The translations under genes and the position numbers were made by a program. Shown here piece after piece: positions 23,368 through 35,649 of a DNA stretch of 64,000 nt; position 1 is the stretch's first letter; each line of letters starts with the position of its first letter. The notes under the pieces were generated by a model. That model had not been told where the DNA came from. It did no database searches and saw only the letters and a program-made list of their open reading frames with translations. Source of the DNA: Phoronis australis (lineage: Eukaryota > Animalia > Phoronida); contig NMRA01000309.1 in NCBI GenBank assembly GCA_002633005.1, forward strand, positions 288,874 to 352,873. The letters are read 5' to 3'.

Positions 23368-24915
23368 GGGGCAGGCACTAGTCTGTACGTGTTGGAGTCC
23401 CAAGGGATCAAGGTGGGGTTGACACATGAATGCCGGGGGTCACCGTTGGATGTGTTGACATGAGAGGGTATGCTGAAAGTTGCATAGGCTGAAAGTGGAG
23501 CTGGATTGGTCAAGGTTAAATTTAATGTGTATGCCATATGTACTTAAAGTTAAGTTGTTGTTACTAAGGGACCGTCACAGCTTATCTGTAGGAAATTGTT
23601 CGATAAAGCTGACAGCATTGAGCAACACTGAGGTTGCTTTGTACTTACCAATGCCTTCAGGTCTTGTGTACTGAGACAAAAATAGCTCCAAGTGAGCTTG
23701 CAATCTTTTTTAGTGTACAGTTCTCTCGCAAACATCAAGAATTGATTTCGAATTCATCCGTGATCAAGGGTGATCACTGTATGTCACTGCTGAGCATGTG
23801 AAATTCCTTGGTTCTCATTCAAATCTTGCCGTTTCAGGTGCTATCTATGTATATAATTTTGAAGCCAGCTTGCATTGACTATTTATTTTTGGCATATCAT
23901 ATAGCTGTGTCTGATATGAATAGGTCAGATATATTTTAGTACGCTGACTACGTTGCCTTGGTGCCGCGTTGTTATGGAAGGGTTAACTGTGATAGGTCAT
24001 CTTGGAGAGTCATTGACTGCTCATTGGACGTGTTTTGAAACGTTAAAAGATGAAAACATTATAAAGGGAAAAGTTTTGAAGTACTATCAGTTTTTGCCAG
24101 CTAGCATTTACTCAACAGCTTTTTTTAATTAAAGCTTAGTACTTAAAAGTTTTTGCAATAAGATAAGAGAATTTTGCATTCTGTCACATTTGATTGAGAT
24201 GTGAAAAGGGTTGGCATAGTCAGGGTCTGTTCAGATCAACGTAGAGTTTCATACCCTGTCTCTTCACTTGAGTTTGTGAGTAACAATGTGAGTGAGGTAT
24301 TTAACCAATGGAATAATTGAAGGCGCTTCAAATGGCTGTTTCTGTTGTGTTTTCACTCGTCTGTGTTCACGGCTGTAGATCGGTCGATCAAAGGTCCTAA
24401 CAAACACCTGCCAAGTTTGTAGATATTTGTACATTCTCACTGCATTTCTTTGTTTCATAAGTTATTCGTTCTATATTCAGATGTGTTTTGCTAAGTGTTT
24501 TGATGTGTCCCACGGTTTCTGCATTCTAACATATTTGCTTGAAAACAACTTGCAATTAATATGAATATTATATGCAGCTTAGTTCCTTTCCCCCACAAGG
24601 TGGCGTTAATGCTCAAGCATCTTTGAACATGCTAGTGGTGGATTGGTAAACTTTGGGTTGTTTTTTGTTACACACAGTTTTATTTTCATTTTAATATTTC
24701 CCTGGTGCGATATTTCTTAACAGTGACTGTATGTGCTCTACTGTTTTTCTATCTGGTGCTAGATTACCATAAGTCTCTTGACAGAATGTTACAAAACATG
24801 TTTGTGGTTTTCCCGCTTGTTCAGTTCCAAAGATTTGGCATTGTAATCTTACGCTGTATTGTCTTTTAGCTAAATATTGTCTTCTTTTCCTCTTTGCAAA
24901 ACTGAGTATCAACCA

Positions 24916-24933
24916 AATAAAGTTTTAAATAAA
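24916..24933 (+). terminator. Probable poly(A) signals of the FHOD gene (two AATAAA), 3' UTR about 1.55 kb
   Basis: AATAAA at 24916 and 24928 at the end of a T/G-rich UTR-like tract. Confidence 0.55.
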
Positions 24934-26189
24934 GATTACACCTTGTCATTGGGCTACAGCAATCACTTTTACTTAATTGAGCTAATTTGAACATCTCACT
25001 TGAGTTTCAGATTGCTGCAATTTTTGATGAACTTAAAGCTACATTTTGCCGTTTACCTGGCCAAAACAAAAAATCAAGGTATGCCTTTTCATCTCAAAAT
25101 CAGTCTTATAATATTCCTTAACATGATGGCCCCATTTCCGCTACCAAGTGAGTCAGTCAATGCGTGCGTGCGTTATTTACGACTCCCCAGTTTTAGGGTT
25201 AGCCAACCCCAATAATATTTAAAGCATTTTCTCGAGTCGCTGATGGTTTGATGTTTTCGTTGATAACAGAAATAGCTAATATCCCATCATGGTAAGGAAT
25301 ATTATGAGCAAGGTCTACTTCAATTTTCGTTTGCTTTAAGCCAACTATTCAGAGTGAAATGTAGCTTTACTTTTCATATGCCCACATTCAGGGACCCAAA
25401 CAATATTTCTTTGGCTAGGAGTGAGGCCATGTCAGATTGCCAATAGCAACAGATGGCCTATACACATAAATATATCCTCAAGGTTATTCACAGATACGTT
25501 ATATAGTGCACTTACTTGTCATATATTTAACTTTGTCATTCCAAATAAGTCGCAAAAAAGGGTTAATGAGAAATTCGCTACCTAACAATTTTTTCAAAGC
25601 AATACACCTCACGAGTCGATTTAAACATTAAGTACTAAGTAGGCGACTATCATATGAAAGAAGTGACAGAATAATAGAATTCAGTTCTCCACGAGAACTC
25701 GGTTGAGAACAAAAATGGTTGGGAGTTGAAATGTATTCATGATTCTGAAAGTTACGATACATAGGAATAAATCTACAGAGGATATATTTATATGTCATTT
25801 ATTTCTAGTCGCATGTAGGAAACCTACTTCAAATGTTTATTCACTTATTCCCTTATAGAATGTATGGTGGAGCCTGTCGAACCCACACTAGTGTACGTGG
25901 CTACAAATGGCCCAGCATAAGGTCATATGATGCACACACCTCTTCAGGATACTAGTACACATTACGCTAGGGTGCAGCTGCTTGTTTTTCTGTTCTGTCT
26001 GCCTGATTGCTTATCAGGCCTGCAGTTTTATAGTGGCTACAAACAGGCGATCTGTCCAGGAAATGGACTTTAGATTTAGACATTTTGCTATAAAATTGGT
26101 TTCATCATTATTTCTACCTCCTCAGATGAGAAGTGATTTCTGGATTTGCAAACAAGTGTTAGTGTTAGTCCTCTTCACACTGTGACAAA

Positions 26190-26432
26190 TCTGGTCTCCA
26201 GCAATACACAGGTCTGGTCTCCAGCAATACACAGGTCTGGTCTCCAGCAATACACAGGTCTGGTCTCCAGCAATACACAGGTCTGGTCTCCAGCAATACA
26301 CAGGTATGGTCTCCAGCAATACACAGGTCTGGTCTCCAGCGATACACAGGTCTGGTCTCTAACAATACACAGGTCTGGTCTCTAGCGATACACAGGTCTG
26401 GTCTCCAGCAATACACAGGTCTGGTCTCTAGC
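26190..26432. repeat. 23-bp minisatellite, about 10.5 copies, between the two 3' ends
   Basis: Unit TCTGGTCTCCAGCAATACACAGG. Confidence 0.95.
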
Positions 26433-27005
26433 ATTACACAAATTTTGTGTATTTATTCAGGAGTAGGGAGAAAACTGGCCTGCATTATGCAGTCACAAGA
26501 ACATCATGAAAATGCAAGACTCAGTGAGATATCTACCTGCATTACAAGTGAAGCACGTGATCATACTAAATTTACTCACGAAATTCTTGCGCCTACTGAA
26601 CGCAGCCCTGGTTCACCAACTATACGGCTCTCGAACTATCATCTACCTCACAGACTTTGACAATGTTCGCTGACGAGACTACCATGTCAAATGCCGTTTG
26701 ACTGTTCATCAAGTGCTTGCGTAATGCATTGACAGAAACGTTCTTGAAAAAAATTAATATATTTCTCATTTCCTTATATACAATAGAGCATTCACAACAT
26801 AATTGTACAACACAAACACAAACATCAACAAATCAATAACACTTAAATAGCAATTTTGTCTTTGTGATATATGAATGTATACATTCTGTTCACACAAATT
26901 GATGTTGCCAAAACAACAATTTTACAAACAAGCAAAACAAAGCATATTCTTTATACTTATCAATAGCTATTAAGTAATAGTTCAACAACATTATTGTAAT
27001 CTGAA

Positions 27006-27011
27006 TTTATT
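27006..27011 (-). terminator. Candidate poly(A) signal for USP32 (3' UTR about 3.7 kb)
   Basis: TTTATT on +, followed on the minus strand by a G/T-rich tract (26780-26950). Other hexamers exist. Confidence 0.35.
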
Positions 27012-28852
27012 AACAAAAATAAAAAATGACAGTTGGCACAGAAAAAATCTGTAAATACAAGACCTCAGTAAATAGTTGTCTTGTCACAACATTTCGTTTG
27101 AAAATCACCCGTGTCTGTCTTGCAACTCCAACTCTTAATAGAAAATAGGTGAGAGATTTGCTAACTATGGATTTTTTTGTCGAAAATGTGACTGCTATAC
27201 AGCAAACCTTTATTAGTTCACAACAAATAACCCAGCCCAGTCTCATATGGAAGTTTGCCTACCCCTTCTAACAAAGCAGCAGTCAACATGTTGCTACACC
27301 ACTCTCAAGTCCATTACAATGGCTGCATGCATTGCAGACCTTACTGAACTATCTACTAGAAGGTTACCTCACATTATGGCATCTCTGGATATCACGGCGA
27401 GGTTAACCACAGGCTCACTGATAACACAAGCACATTTGAAAAGAAATTTTAATTCAATGCCATCACAACTTACATATAGTATAACAGCAGCAAATTCACT
27501 GAACAAACAATTAAGTACTCAAGACCACTCCATAAAGTCTTCATTTCATTGCAGGCAACATTATCTTTCCCAACTAGCAACTATGGATGCTTCTTACCCA
27601 CTGAAAATACAAAAGCCACTTAACACAGAGCCTGAACTTTTATGACTGGATTCTTTTGTTAAGGCATTAGGAAACAAATGTGAGTGTGACAATAATGAGA
27701 CTAGAAAGACAAAATCCACTGGTGAAAATTAATCTTTTTCATTGATCAGTAGAAATCGGTTAACTACAGGAGAAGAAAAGAGAAATAATGCACCTAGCAA
27801 CTGCTGTACCTTCGTTGAGCCCCAACCTCTACTGTGTAACCTGCCTGAGCAACACAACAATGGTCAAGTTGACTCTTGAAGATCACCACTTATCACAATA
27901 ATCTTAATACCCCTAAAGAATGTAGTGAAATTTGAATGGAGGAACACCTCATGTCATAAGGTGTTCAAAGACATTTGAAGTTCACATACTGAGAGTTCTT
28001 TTAAAGCCACAATAAACAATGTTCTCGTATTAAAACATTTTTCTTTACATGTGTATTTGGACTTCAAAAGCTGCATCGTCATGTTAGTTTCCTCTGAATG
28101 TAAACTGGGTACAACAAAGCACTTGGACAATCAGACTGCCTTGGCAACTGAAACTAACCAACATGACAAACAAATTAAAGGGAACAATGTTTTTGAAGGT
28201 ATTTTTGGTCGACTCAACATATTTTACTTTCACTGAAATTCACTTCTTTTTGGTCAATTATATAAAAACACCACTAACATTTCCCCAAACAACAAGTGTT
28301 CAATTGTAAGTTGCAAAATGCAAACACTTCATGTCTTATTGGCTAAACTGCTGTGTTGTTACCCATTTCTAGCATCTTTGGTCAAATTAAGTGGCAAATT
28401 GATATGCATCAGGGTCTGAGACTAAAATGGGTGGGCGCCTCCACCAAGGAGCACAGTTATCAGCTCACTCACCTATGTTGATGTTTTTACTAAGCCACAA
28501 TTCCAATCAAAAAAGTGTTATTTTAACTTTCATTCGAGTTCCAAATGCTTTTTATAGCAAGCAAAATACGCCAGATTGATCAAAAACACCTGCAAAAAGA
28601 TAACATTCACATTTAAAGGGGTTGCTCAGAAGCAATATCAACCTGTCAGTTCGTCTCAAGCAATATCAACCTGTCACTTCATCTCAAGCCAAGAAATCAT
28701 TTCTAATCTGAGTAAGAAACAAGATGTGACCTATTTTGTGACCTATATATGGCCTAAGTCAAAAGTTGTTCTTTGCAGTAGGTTTGGTTGTCTTTTTCAA
28801 TGTTTTGTTGTCAAAAACAAACTAACGGGCGAGTTGTATGTGTAACACAGAG

Positions 28853-28965
28853 GAGGCAGTGGGGAACACTGCTAGACCCTTGAGTCAGGTCTCTCAGCTC
28901 TGTTTTAACTATATATTAAAGCATACAAATGGTTCTAGGTGATCAGTGCAATGGGTCCACCTGTG
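28853..28965 (+). mobile_element. SINE fragment lacking most of the tRNA head (same family as 53743)
   Basis: GAACACTGCTAGACCCTTGAGTCAGGTC...TTTTAACT...TAAAGCATA...AGGTGATCAGTGCAATGGG aligns to 53965-54070. Confidence 0.75.
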
Positions 28966-30675
28966 TACCAGATCACTTGTAATTATTTTTTATTACAAGT
29001 GTGGCATAATCTTAACTAAGTCCATATTTTAAAACAAACAGCAAGTTATTCATATGGCTTGTAAAAATTTAAAATTAACAGCTAATAAAAAGTACACCTA
29101 AAGTTTAAACATGATTTAGAACAAGAGAGTAAGGAAAAGCTCCATTTCCTGGTCATATAAGGATTCTGTTTTTAGAGCTGAAATCAAAAATGTGAATACT
29201 TTGAGATTGAAGAATTTCAACAGATCATTTTTAAACATTCCTCATTTAGCCTGCTTCTAATTTAAACGCTCACTGCTGAAACACCGACACAAAAACCTCT
29301 GTATTGTGCATTTAATTTACACAAAATCCTATATCGCTTTCTCTTCTAAGTACATCTGCCGACAGAATACATCTTGTGTTGTTCAACAAATACAAAGAAC
29401 CAGCGATCTGAGCTCATAACTTTACACAAAACTTGACCCACAAATTGACCAATCACATCCTCCTAAATTTATAGATTGCCTTGAAAGAAGTTTACCGGTT
29501 GGACACGTGGTGGCGCCCTGCTACATGCCTCATTAATAACATTTCTACATGTGATAATGTTATAAAATCAAACAAAGCATCAATTTTAAAAATCCGTGTT
29601 TAACTTAATTTTTTCAGGTATACTATTATTTAGAACATTTTAATATGGAGAGTTAATGTTCTTAAATTTACATGTCTTGATTATATGAGAGATCAGTTAC
29701 TGCTTTTGTGGCCATAGATTCTCCTTTTTGTTTGAAGCTGTCCTTTATTACCTCACATAAGACTTTTAAGATTTTCCCTCCGAGTTAGAGAATTATGGCA
29801 GTCCATAGTGGTTGTCAAGGGCAGTGACCTTTAATGTTGCTATGACCGCACGTGCAGCACCACCATGACAGTTGCGATAAAAACGTAACCTAAGGGGTTT
29901 CAGAAACTTGAAATAGAATTGAAAGTGTTGCATCTGCCTGCAGCCACGAACTTCCCTCTCAGCAGGTAGATGGCAAATGAAACACTTACAAAATGTCCAC
30001 AGAAACTCGGTAACTCATTTAACCATTAACATGTTTTTGTGAACTAGGTGTGATGTGCCACCCCTCTCCAAAGTACAGTGGTCCATTTTTTTCAAAACTT
30101 CATAGGACCAAAATGATAAAACACAGTCGCATGCCTTAGTGAGGGCAGTGCATTTTATAAATCATGTCATTTTTCTGTTTCTCATAGATTAGGGTCACAA
30201 TGTCATTGCATTGGCATTATGCATTAGAGACATATCTGCCTGGATCTCACATTTTTGTATACTTAGTCATAGCTATAACTATTACAATCTATTCACTGGT
30301 GTGCGGTTTATCGAAAAGATTTATGGTATGAAGTTGGTTGTTACATAGAGTCTGAATGTAGTTTAAGGTCAAATTCCAATAATCAACAGCGATTTAGCAC
30401 AGGGCTTAATGTACTGTATAATTGTGTATATGAGTGGGCCAGAGGTCTTTTAGACAACAGCAAAACAAACTCAAAATACAATAACACATTTTTCTAAGAA
30501 ACACGCAATATACGCGAGACAAAGTACGCAACATTATTCCCTCATATCGCATAAATCACTGGATGACACAGGATGAACCTTGAGCCTGAGACTTTTGACT
30601 TTAAAATGATGACGCGTGAACACGCCTTTGACAGGGAGCCATGACAACGGCTAAAGACAGGCCACACCGCTGTAG

Positions 30676-30846
30676 TCATTGGATGATGCAGTGTTTCTTG
30701 AACTCGCTCTCATAATCATCATCAATATCAGACAGATCAGGTTCCTTCCCGCTCACATCAGGGATGATTTTAGAGTAGTCCCAGTCATTACGCTCGTAAA
30801 ACAAGATGTAGGCGGAGTCTGTGTCAATGTCTTCCTCTTTTACCTC
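30676..30846 (-). CDS. USP32: USP32 terminal exon (EVKEEDIDTDSAYILFYER...FKKHCIIQ*)
   Basis: USP AYILFY box, CaaX ending like human USP32 (CVLQ), ttgcag acceptor, 171 nt. Confidence 0.95.
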   Translation of the reverse strand, partial: EVKEEDIDTDSAYILFYERNDWDYSKIIPDVSGKEPDLSDIDDDYESEFKKHCIIQ

Positions 30847-31462
30847 CTGCAAAAACATGCTACGAATGACTACACAATACTTAAATATCTTCAGGAATAG
30901 TAGTGTTCCACTTACCAAGCCCTTAACATGGTAAGCATTATCGGGAAACACCTGCAAATTCAACTTCGATCAGCCTGTTTACTGCACACCTTCCCCGGTC
31001 ACCACCAACGTTTTGTCTACGGGCGTTGCACATTATTAGAAAGGGGGGGGGGAGGCATGCCTTGCACAAACCCCACTTCCTACGCCTCTCATTATACCGT
31101 CACAAAACCAACAAACAATTCTCACAGAAATGATCAGCTGATAGCAAAAACAGTGACACAAGGTTTAAATTGAATTTTTGACTCACTCAAGTTGACATGC
31201 ATGCAAAAAAAAAATTTAATGCCAAATGCTGTACCACACGCATCATCTTTATCCTCTCAAAACACTTGCACAACATGTACAACTTCTCTGAGTATAACAC
31301 GATTCAATCCACGTTAGAACCACTCTGTGTTCTCACGTCCGAGGTAGTGCAAGATTCTCACTGCCTGCCAGTACTTTCTGCACGTCACCTTGTCAAATGC
31401 TGCAAGACACAACATGTCTTCCAACCTGGCTTGTCACCTTCAGAATCTAAACCAGTTCTTAC

Positions 31463-31555
31463 CTTACAACTACTGTCATTGTAGCAGTACCACTTCTCAT
31501 TAGGGTTCTTGCCATAAGACACATAGTGACCACCTCCCAGAATGCCGGTATGACA
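31463..31555 (-). CDS. USP32: USP32 His-box exon (CHTGILGGGHYVSYGKNPNEKWYCYNDSSCK)
   Basis: Catalytic His (GGHY) and ND motif, ag / gtaaga boundaries, 93 nt. Confidence 0.96.
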
Positions 31556-32186
31556 CTATGGACAAAAAGCAAAATGTCTGACAAAAAAGAAATAATGTGG
31601 TAGGCCAGGTTATAGGCAATGAACAATAAAAAGTTGTCAAATGCTAAACACTTTTCCGTGGTTAACACCATGGCCACCATGGTTACCGAAACAATTCAGG
31701 TTTGAGAAAACAACTTCGAAATACATATCATAGTAAAAACTTAATTGCTCCCTCGTTTTATCACGTACTTGATCAATTTAGAATGCGCAATTGAATATTT
31801 GTTTCATTTCTCTTTTAGTTCACACAGGATAGGCTTGTTTCCAAACAAAAAATGTTTTTCACTTATTACCCATAAACATTTCCTCTACGGTTTCATTTAC
31901 CAATGGTGCAATTTGGCCATGATGCGAGCCAAATTTCCAAAGTAGACTTACAATTGAAGTTTGAAATTAGACCATGCAACTAAATTTGTAAGCTGGACTT
32001 GCCTGGCCATACAACTCGTTTTGTGAATTAGACATGAAACTAAATTACTAAGCTACCTTGCAATCAATTTGCTGAGTTAAAAGTCTTGCAACTTTTGTAA
32101 CCTGACTTTACAACCATTGAAAGGTGAGACACTCTATTCAAATTACGCAGCATTTAAAGGCACAGTCCTTTATGACTGTCACTTAC

Positions 32187-32633
32187 AGACAAAGCATACA
32201 GGTCGTATGTAGTGTTTGAATAATCACAGCTGTCCACAGACACTGTTCGACTACGACGAGCAGCAAGAGAGTTCGACTTGCTACTAACAGCCACCTTCTT
32301 CCTAGCACTATCTTCCAGGAAAATGTCTTCTGGTCGACTGTCCTCTTTATCTAAAGTTTTGTTTTGACTTTCATCAAATGTGACCATCTTTGCTGATGAT
32401 GACCTCGGCAGACCGTTAGCCATACCCTCCTCAACAGGGGTTGTGCCAGGACTGGCCATTTCAGCATCCAACTCAATGTTTGATCTCCGCACTATTTCTT
32501 CAATGCGTTTTGATTTGGGCGTCCTTGGGGCCAGGTATTCTGCTGGGTCAAACTGACCACGTGGAAATTTGACAATTTTCCTCGACTTGACCCACCGGCC
32601 ATTCAGGAATTGGAATCTTTTCAGGTGTATAAT
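32187..32633 (-). CDS. USP32: USP32 exon (IIHLKRFQFLNGRWVKSRKIVKFP...insert...YDLYALS)
   Basis: HLKRF motif, tctag / gtaagt boundaries, 447 nt, phase 0-0. Confidence 0.95.
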
Positions 32634-32980
32634 CTAGAAGTATGTAACAACAGATGATAAACTACTACTGATGAAAAGTCAATCAGTGTGTCAACTAAGA
32701 GTGAACTTGCTTAAACCCCAAGATCCAGGTCATTTCATGCATCTGTTGAAAATGTATTTTGGTGAAAAACACGATCACTATAAATTGTAACATGTGATAC
32801 ATTTGACACACTTCTGTACAAGATGGTTACATTAATGCTAGTGCCTGCACAAGGAAATGAGAAAATGGCACAACAAAGAGAGTTCCTGACATTTTGCCAG
32901 CCACCCAACAGAACCTCTACACTTTGTAATATAGAGCTAGTGACACCTCCTGGCCACCCTGTAAACTATAGCAAGCTTAC

Positions 32981-33172
32981 CAGTACAGGTGGCAGCCGCC
33001 AGATGTCTAGCTTTTTGGCAGCCAGACGGTGCTCTTTGCACTTGGAACAGTAATACAGTTCATCTTCTCCCAACTCTTCTTCAGTCGTGAATGCCTTCAG
33101 ACAGTCAGTAAGATCAATCGGTTCACTCTGCAGACGACGGCTCTCGGTCACACTACTGTGATCTTCAAATGC
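32981..33172 (-). CDS. USP32: USP32 exon (AFEDHSSV...CLKAFTTEEELGEDELYYCSKCK...WRLPPVL)
   Basis: CxxC of the USP finger, cag / gtaagc boundaries, 192 nt. Confidence 0.96.
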
Positions 33173-34356
33173 CTGCTCAAACATGATAACACATAATGAA
33201 TGGAGCTAATGATTTCTTTCATTTGTTTTCTTCAACCCCTTGCATACATGACGATATATCCCAACAACTAAATAAATGCAAATAAAAAATCTAAATCATG
33301 CTAGCCTGATGAGGCATGATGAAATTACGCATCATACACTGAGCCTTCTTCTCATGATCTTGTAGTGTCAATGCACATTGTCAAGAGTGATCCCAATATT
33401 ACACGATTAAAGTTTGCCATCACATTTATAAGTTGACAACAGTATTACAATTGAGACAAGAAGTTCCACAGCTTGTTCACAAACACCAGATAGCAGATGA
33501 TAACAATACCTTGACAGTAAGTAAGGAAACTCTTTGACACATACGTATTTCAAATGCATTTTGGGACTATGATTGGCTTGTAAGCATTTTGTGATATCAC
33601 ACCTAACTTGTAGACAACTAAACAATATGATACTTGTGTATCCCAGAATTAAAAATGCGGGTCCACTGCAACATCGTTTTTTTTTGCGAATACAGCAAAG
33701 CAACCATCATAAAAAATAAAAAGTTGGAAACTGAGCCCCAAAATGCATAGATACTATACATATATTCGCAAGTCTTTAGGCATGAAAGATTCTTAGGGTG
33801 CGCAGAAACCATCTCACACCCAAAATAAATTCACACATCACCAAGTTACCTCTGACGTCACTGGATGTTTACCAGTCGACAACTGTCCCAAAATGCATTT
33901 GAAAAACAAGACCACGCAGAGAGTTAAAATGTGTCCACGACTGCACCGCAAACGGTGCATTTCTACGAGTACGAAATGGCCATTAGATGGTGCAGAATAA
34001 GTACAACATGTCCAAAATAGGGAAGGGGTTGTCATCTCCTGAATAAAAAACTAATTTTGCTAAGTCTCAGTCACAGATTAGAGGCGCATATGAACAAAAC
34101 AAATTGCCTTTAAGAGGTGAAGCGATAGTCTGACACCTCCATCTGTTGCTTAGTTAATAGGTGAAAACTTGCCAAACTTCAAAATGTTGCAATGAGGTTT
34201 CTGAGATAAAGCTGCATATTCAAAAAATGTCAATAGGGGGCACCACCATGACAGTAGTTGGACTCGTCTGAAAATCCATATCAGTTGCAATACATTAATT
34301 GGCAAGTTTTCATAATAATGATCCTCTGAGCGGTAATTTCATTAACAGACACCTAT

Positions 34357-34478
34357 TATGGTAAAAATCCTGAATTTTGGGAAGTCTCGAAAATTTGGGA
34401 CACTGAAATTTAACTCAATTTCCATGATTTGGACATGGGTAATTTTGGCATTCATATTTCTTAAATATTGGACACTGT
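34357..34478. repeat. Dispersed MITE-like repeat with AAATTT(C/G)GGACAC motifs, related to 55400-55585 and 61120-61270
   Basis: Shared start TA(C/T)GGTAAAAAT(T)CC and recurrent GGACAC motifs. Diverged, boundaries approximate. Confidence 0.45.
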
Positions 34479-35441
34479 ATATTGTATCAACAAAGTCTGA
34501 ATCAGCGAAGAAAACTGCTACCAACATAAAATTGGTCTTTCACGTGATTCTTAAATTTGGGACAAACTATATTGCTTATTTCTACATTTTGGTAGGAGCT
34601 CTGACCATGACCAAAAATAATTAAATTTTGTATGTCCCAAACTGAAGAAATTTTATCAAAGTCACATTTCACAAAAATCCATCGATGACCTTGAAGATAA
34701 GTAGGCAAACCAAAATTGCCACTAAGGGACACAGTGGTTGTCGGATTGGCCTGAAACTCGTCGTCATCCATTATTAGCTTCATAGGAACACTGATTATCC
34801 AAAGTTCACAAAGATCCTGATAAGGGTTAAGGAGATACAACCATATATGCAAAAAACAAAACTACCGTCGAGGTGCCAAAGTATTTGAACCAATCCAAAA
34901 ATGAATGCCACCCATGGTCTTCTTATCAGAAACACATCTCCTAATTTGTACAATGAATCTTCGAGCAGTTTGGTGAATAGAGAGACAGACGGCGAAAACG
35001 GACTCGAAATTTTTAAAAATACCCACTAGTTGGCATGCACTACATCAAATCTGTCAGAAAATGGGAAGGCATTGTAATCTTATTAGAAACCTATATGCCA
35101 AATTCCACAAAAGGAGCACTGAAGATTAAATTGCCATTAGGGAGCAAAGTGGGAGTCGGATCAGTACAAAATTTCTGTTATCTGTTGCCATCTCTTAAGA
35201 ATCCAGAAAGGGGTTTAGGAGATACAGCGGCATACAGCCAGGCAGAGATGACTGCAATATGCACCCACATATAAAGCTGTAGCAACATAAGAACAGTAGC
35301 AACTTGGACAAACTCTCCGAATATGATCAGCACAGGGCAGATGAATGTGGCATAAGAGCTTTCATCATGTAATTAGCAATATTCCAACACCTTTGCTTGT
35401 GAACATGATATTTTGACATTGAGTAACATCTCAGAGCTCAC

Positions 35442-35649
35442 CCTCTCCTGTGATGTCTGATAGCGCAGGTGTAGTGCCGTGGGTTCCCAATCAATGGCCA
35501 CGTAGCTGCTGTTTAAGTTGAACAATTGCATACTGCAGTCAAGCCGACAGCCACGACAGAATCGATACCACGGACAGTGAGCACAGGTGAAGCCGTCTTT
35601 CTGAACGACTTTCAATGTGAATGGATATTCATAGCCTAGGCTATCATCG
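35442..35649 (-). CDS. USP32: USP32 exon (DDSLGYEYPFTLKVVQKDG..CAHCPWYRFCRGC...DWEPTALHLRYQTSQER)
   Basis: USP32/USP6-specific CPWYRFCRGC and ALHLRYQTSQER, phase 2 to 0. Confidence 0.96.

Noticed and set aside
23365-23373. Readthrough at the FHOD stop
   Set aside because: Context is TGA-GGG, not a leaky motif.
26190-26432. CRISPR-like appearance of regular repeats (also 53800 and 60152)
   Set aside because: Head-to-tail units without unique spacers, eukaryotic context, no cas genes.
27247-27645. 132-aa ORF on the + strand
   Set aside because: No recognisable motif, lies antisense in the presumed USP32 3' UTR, consistent with chance.
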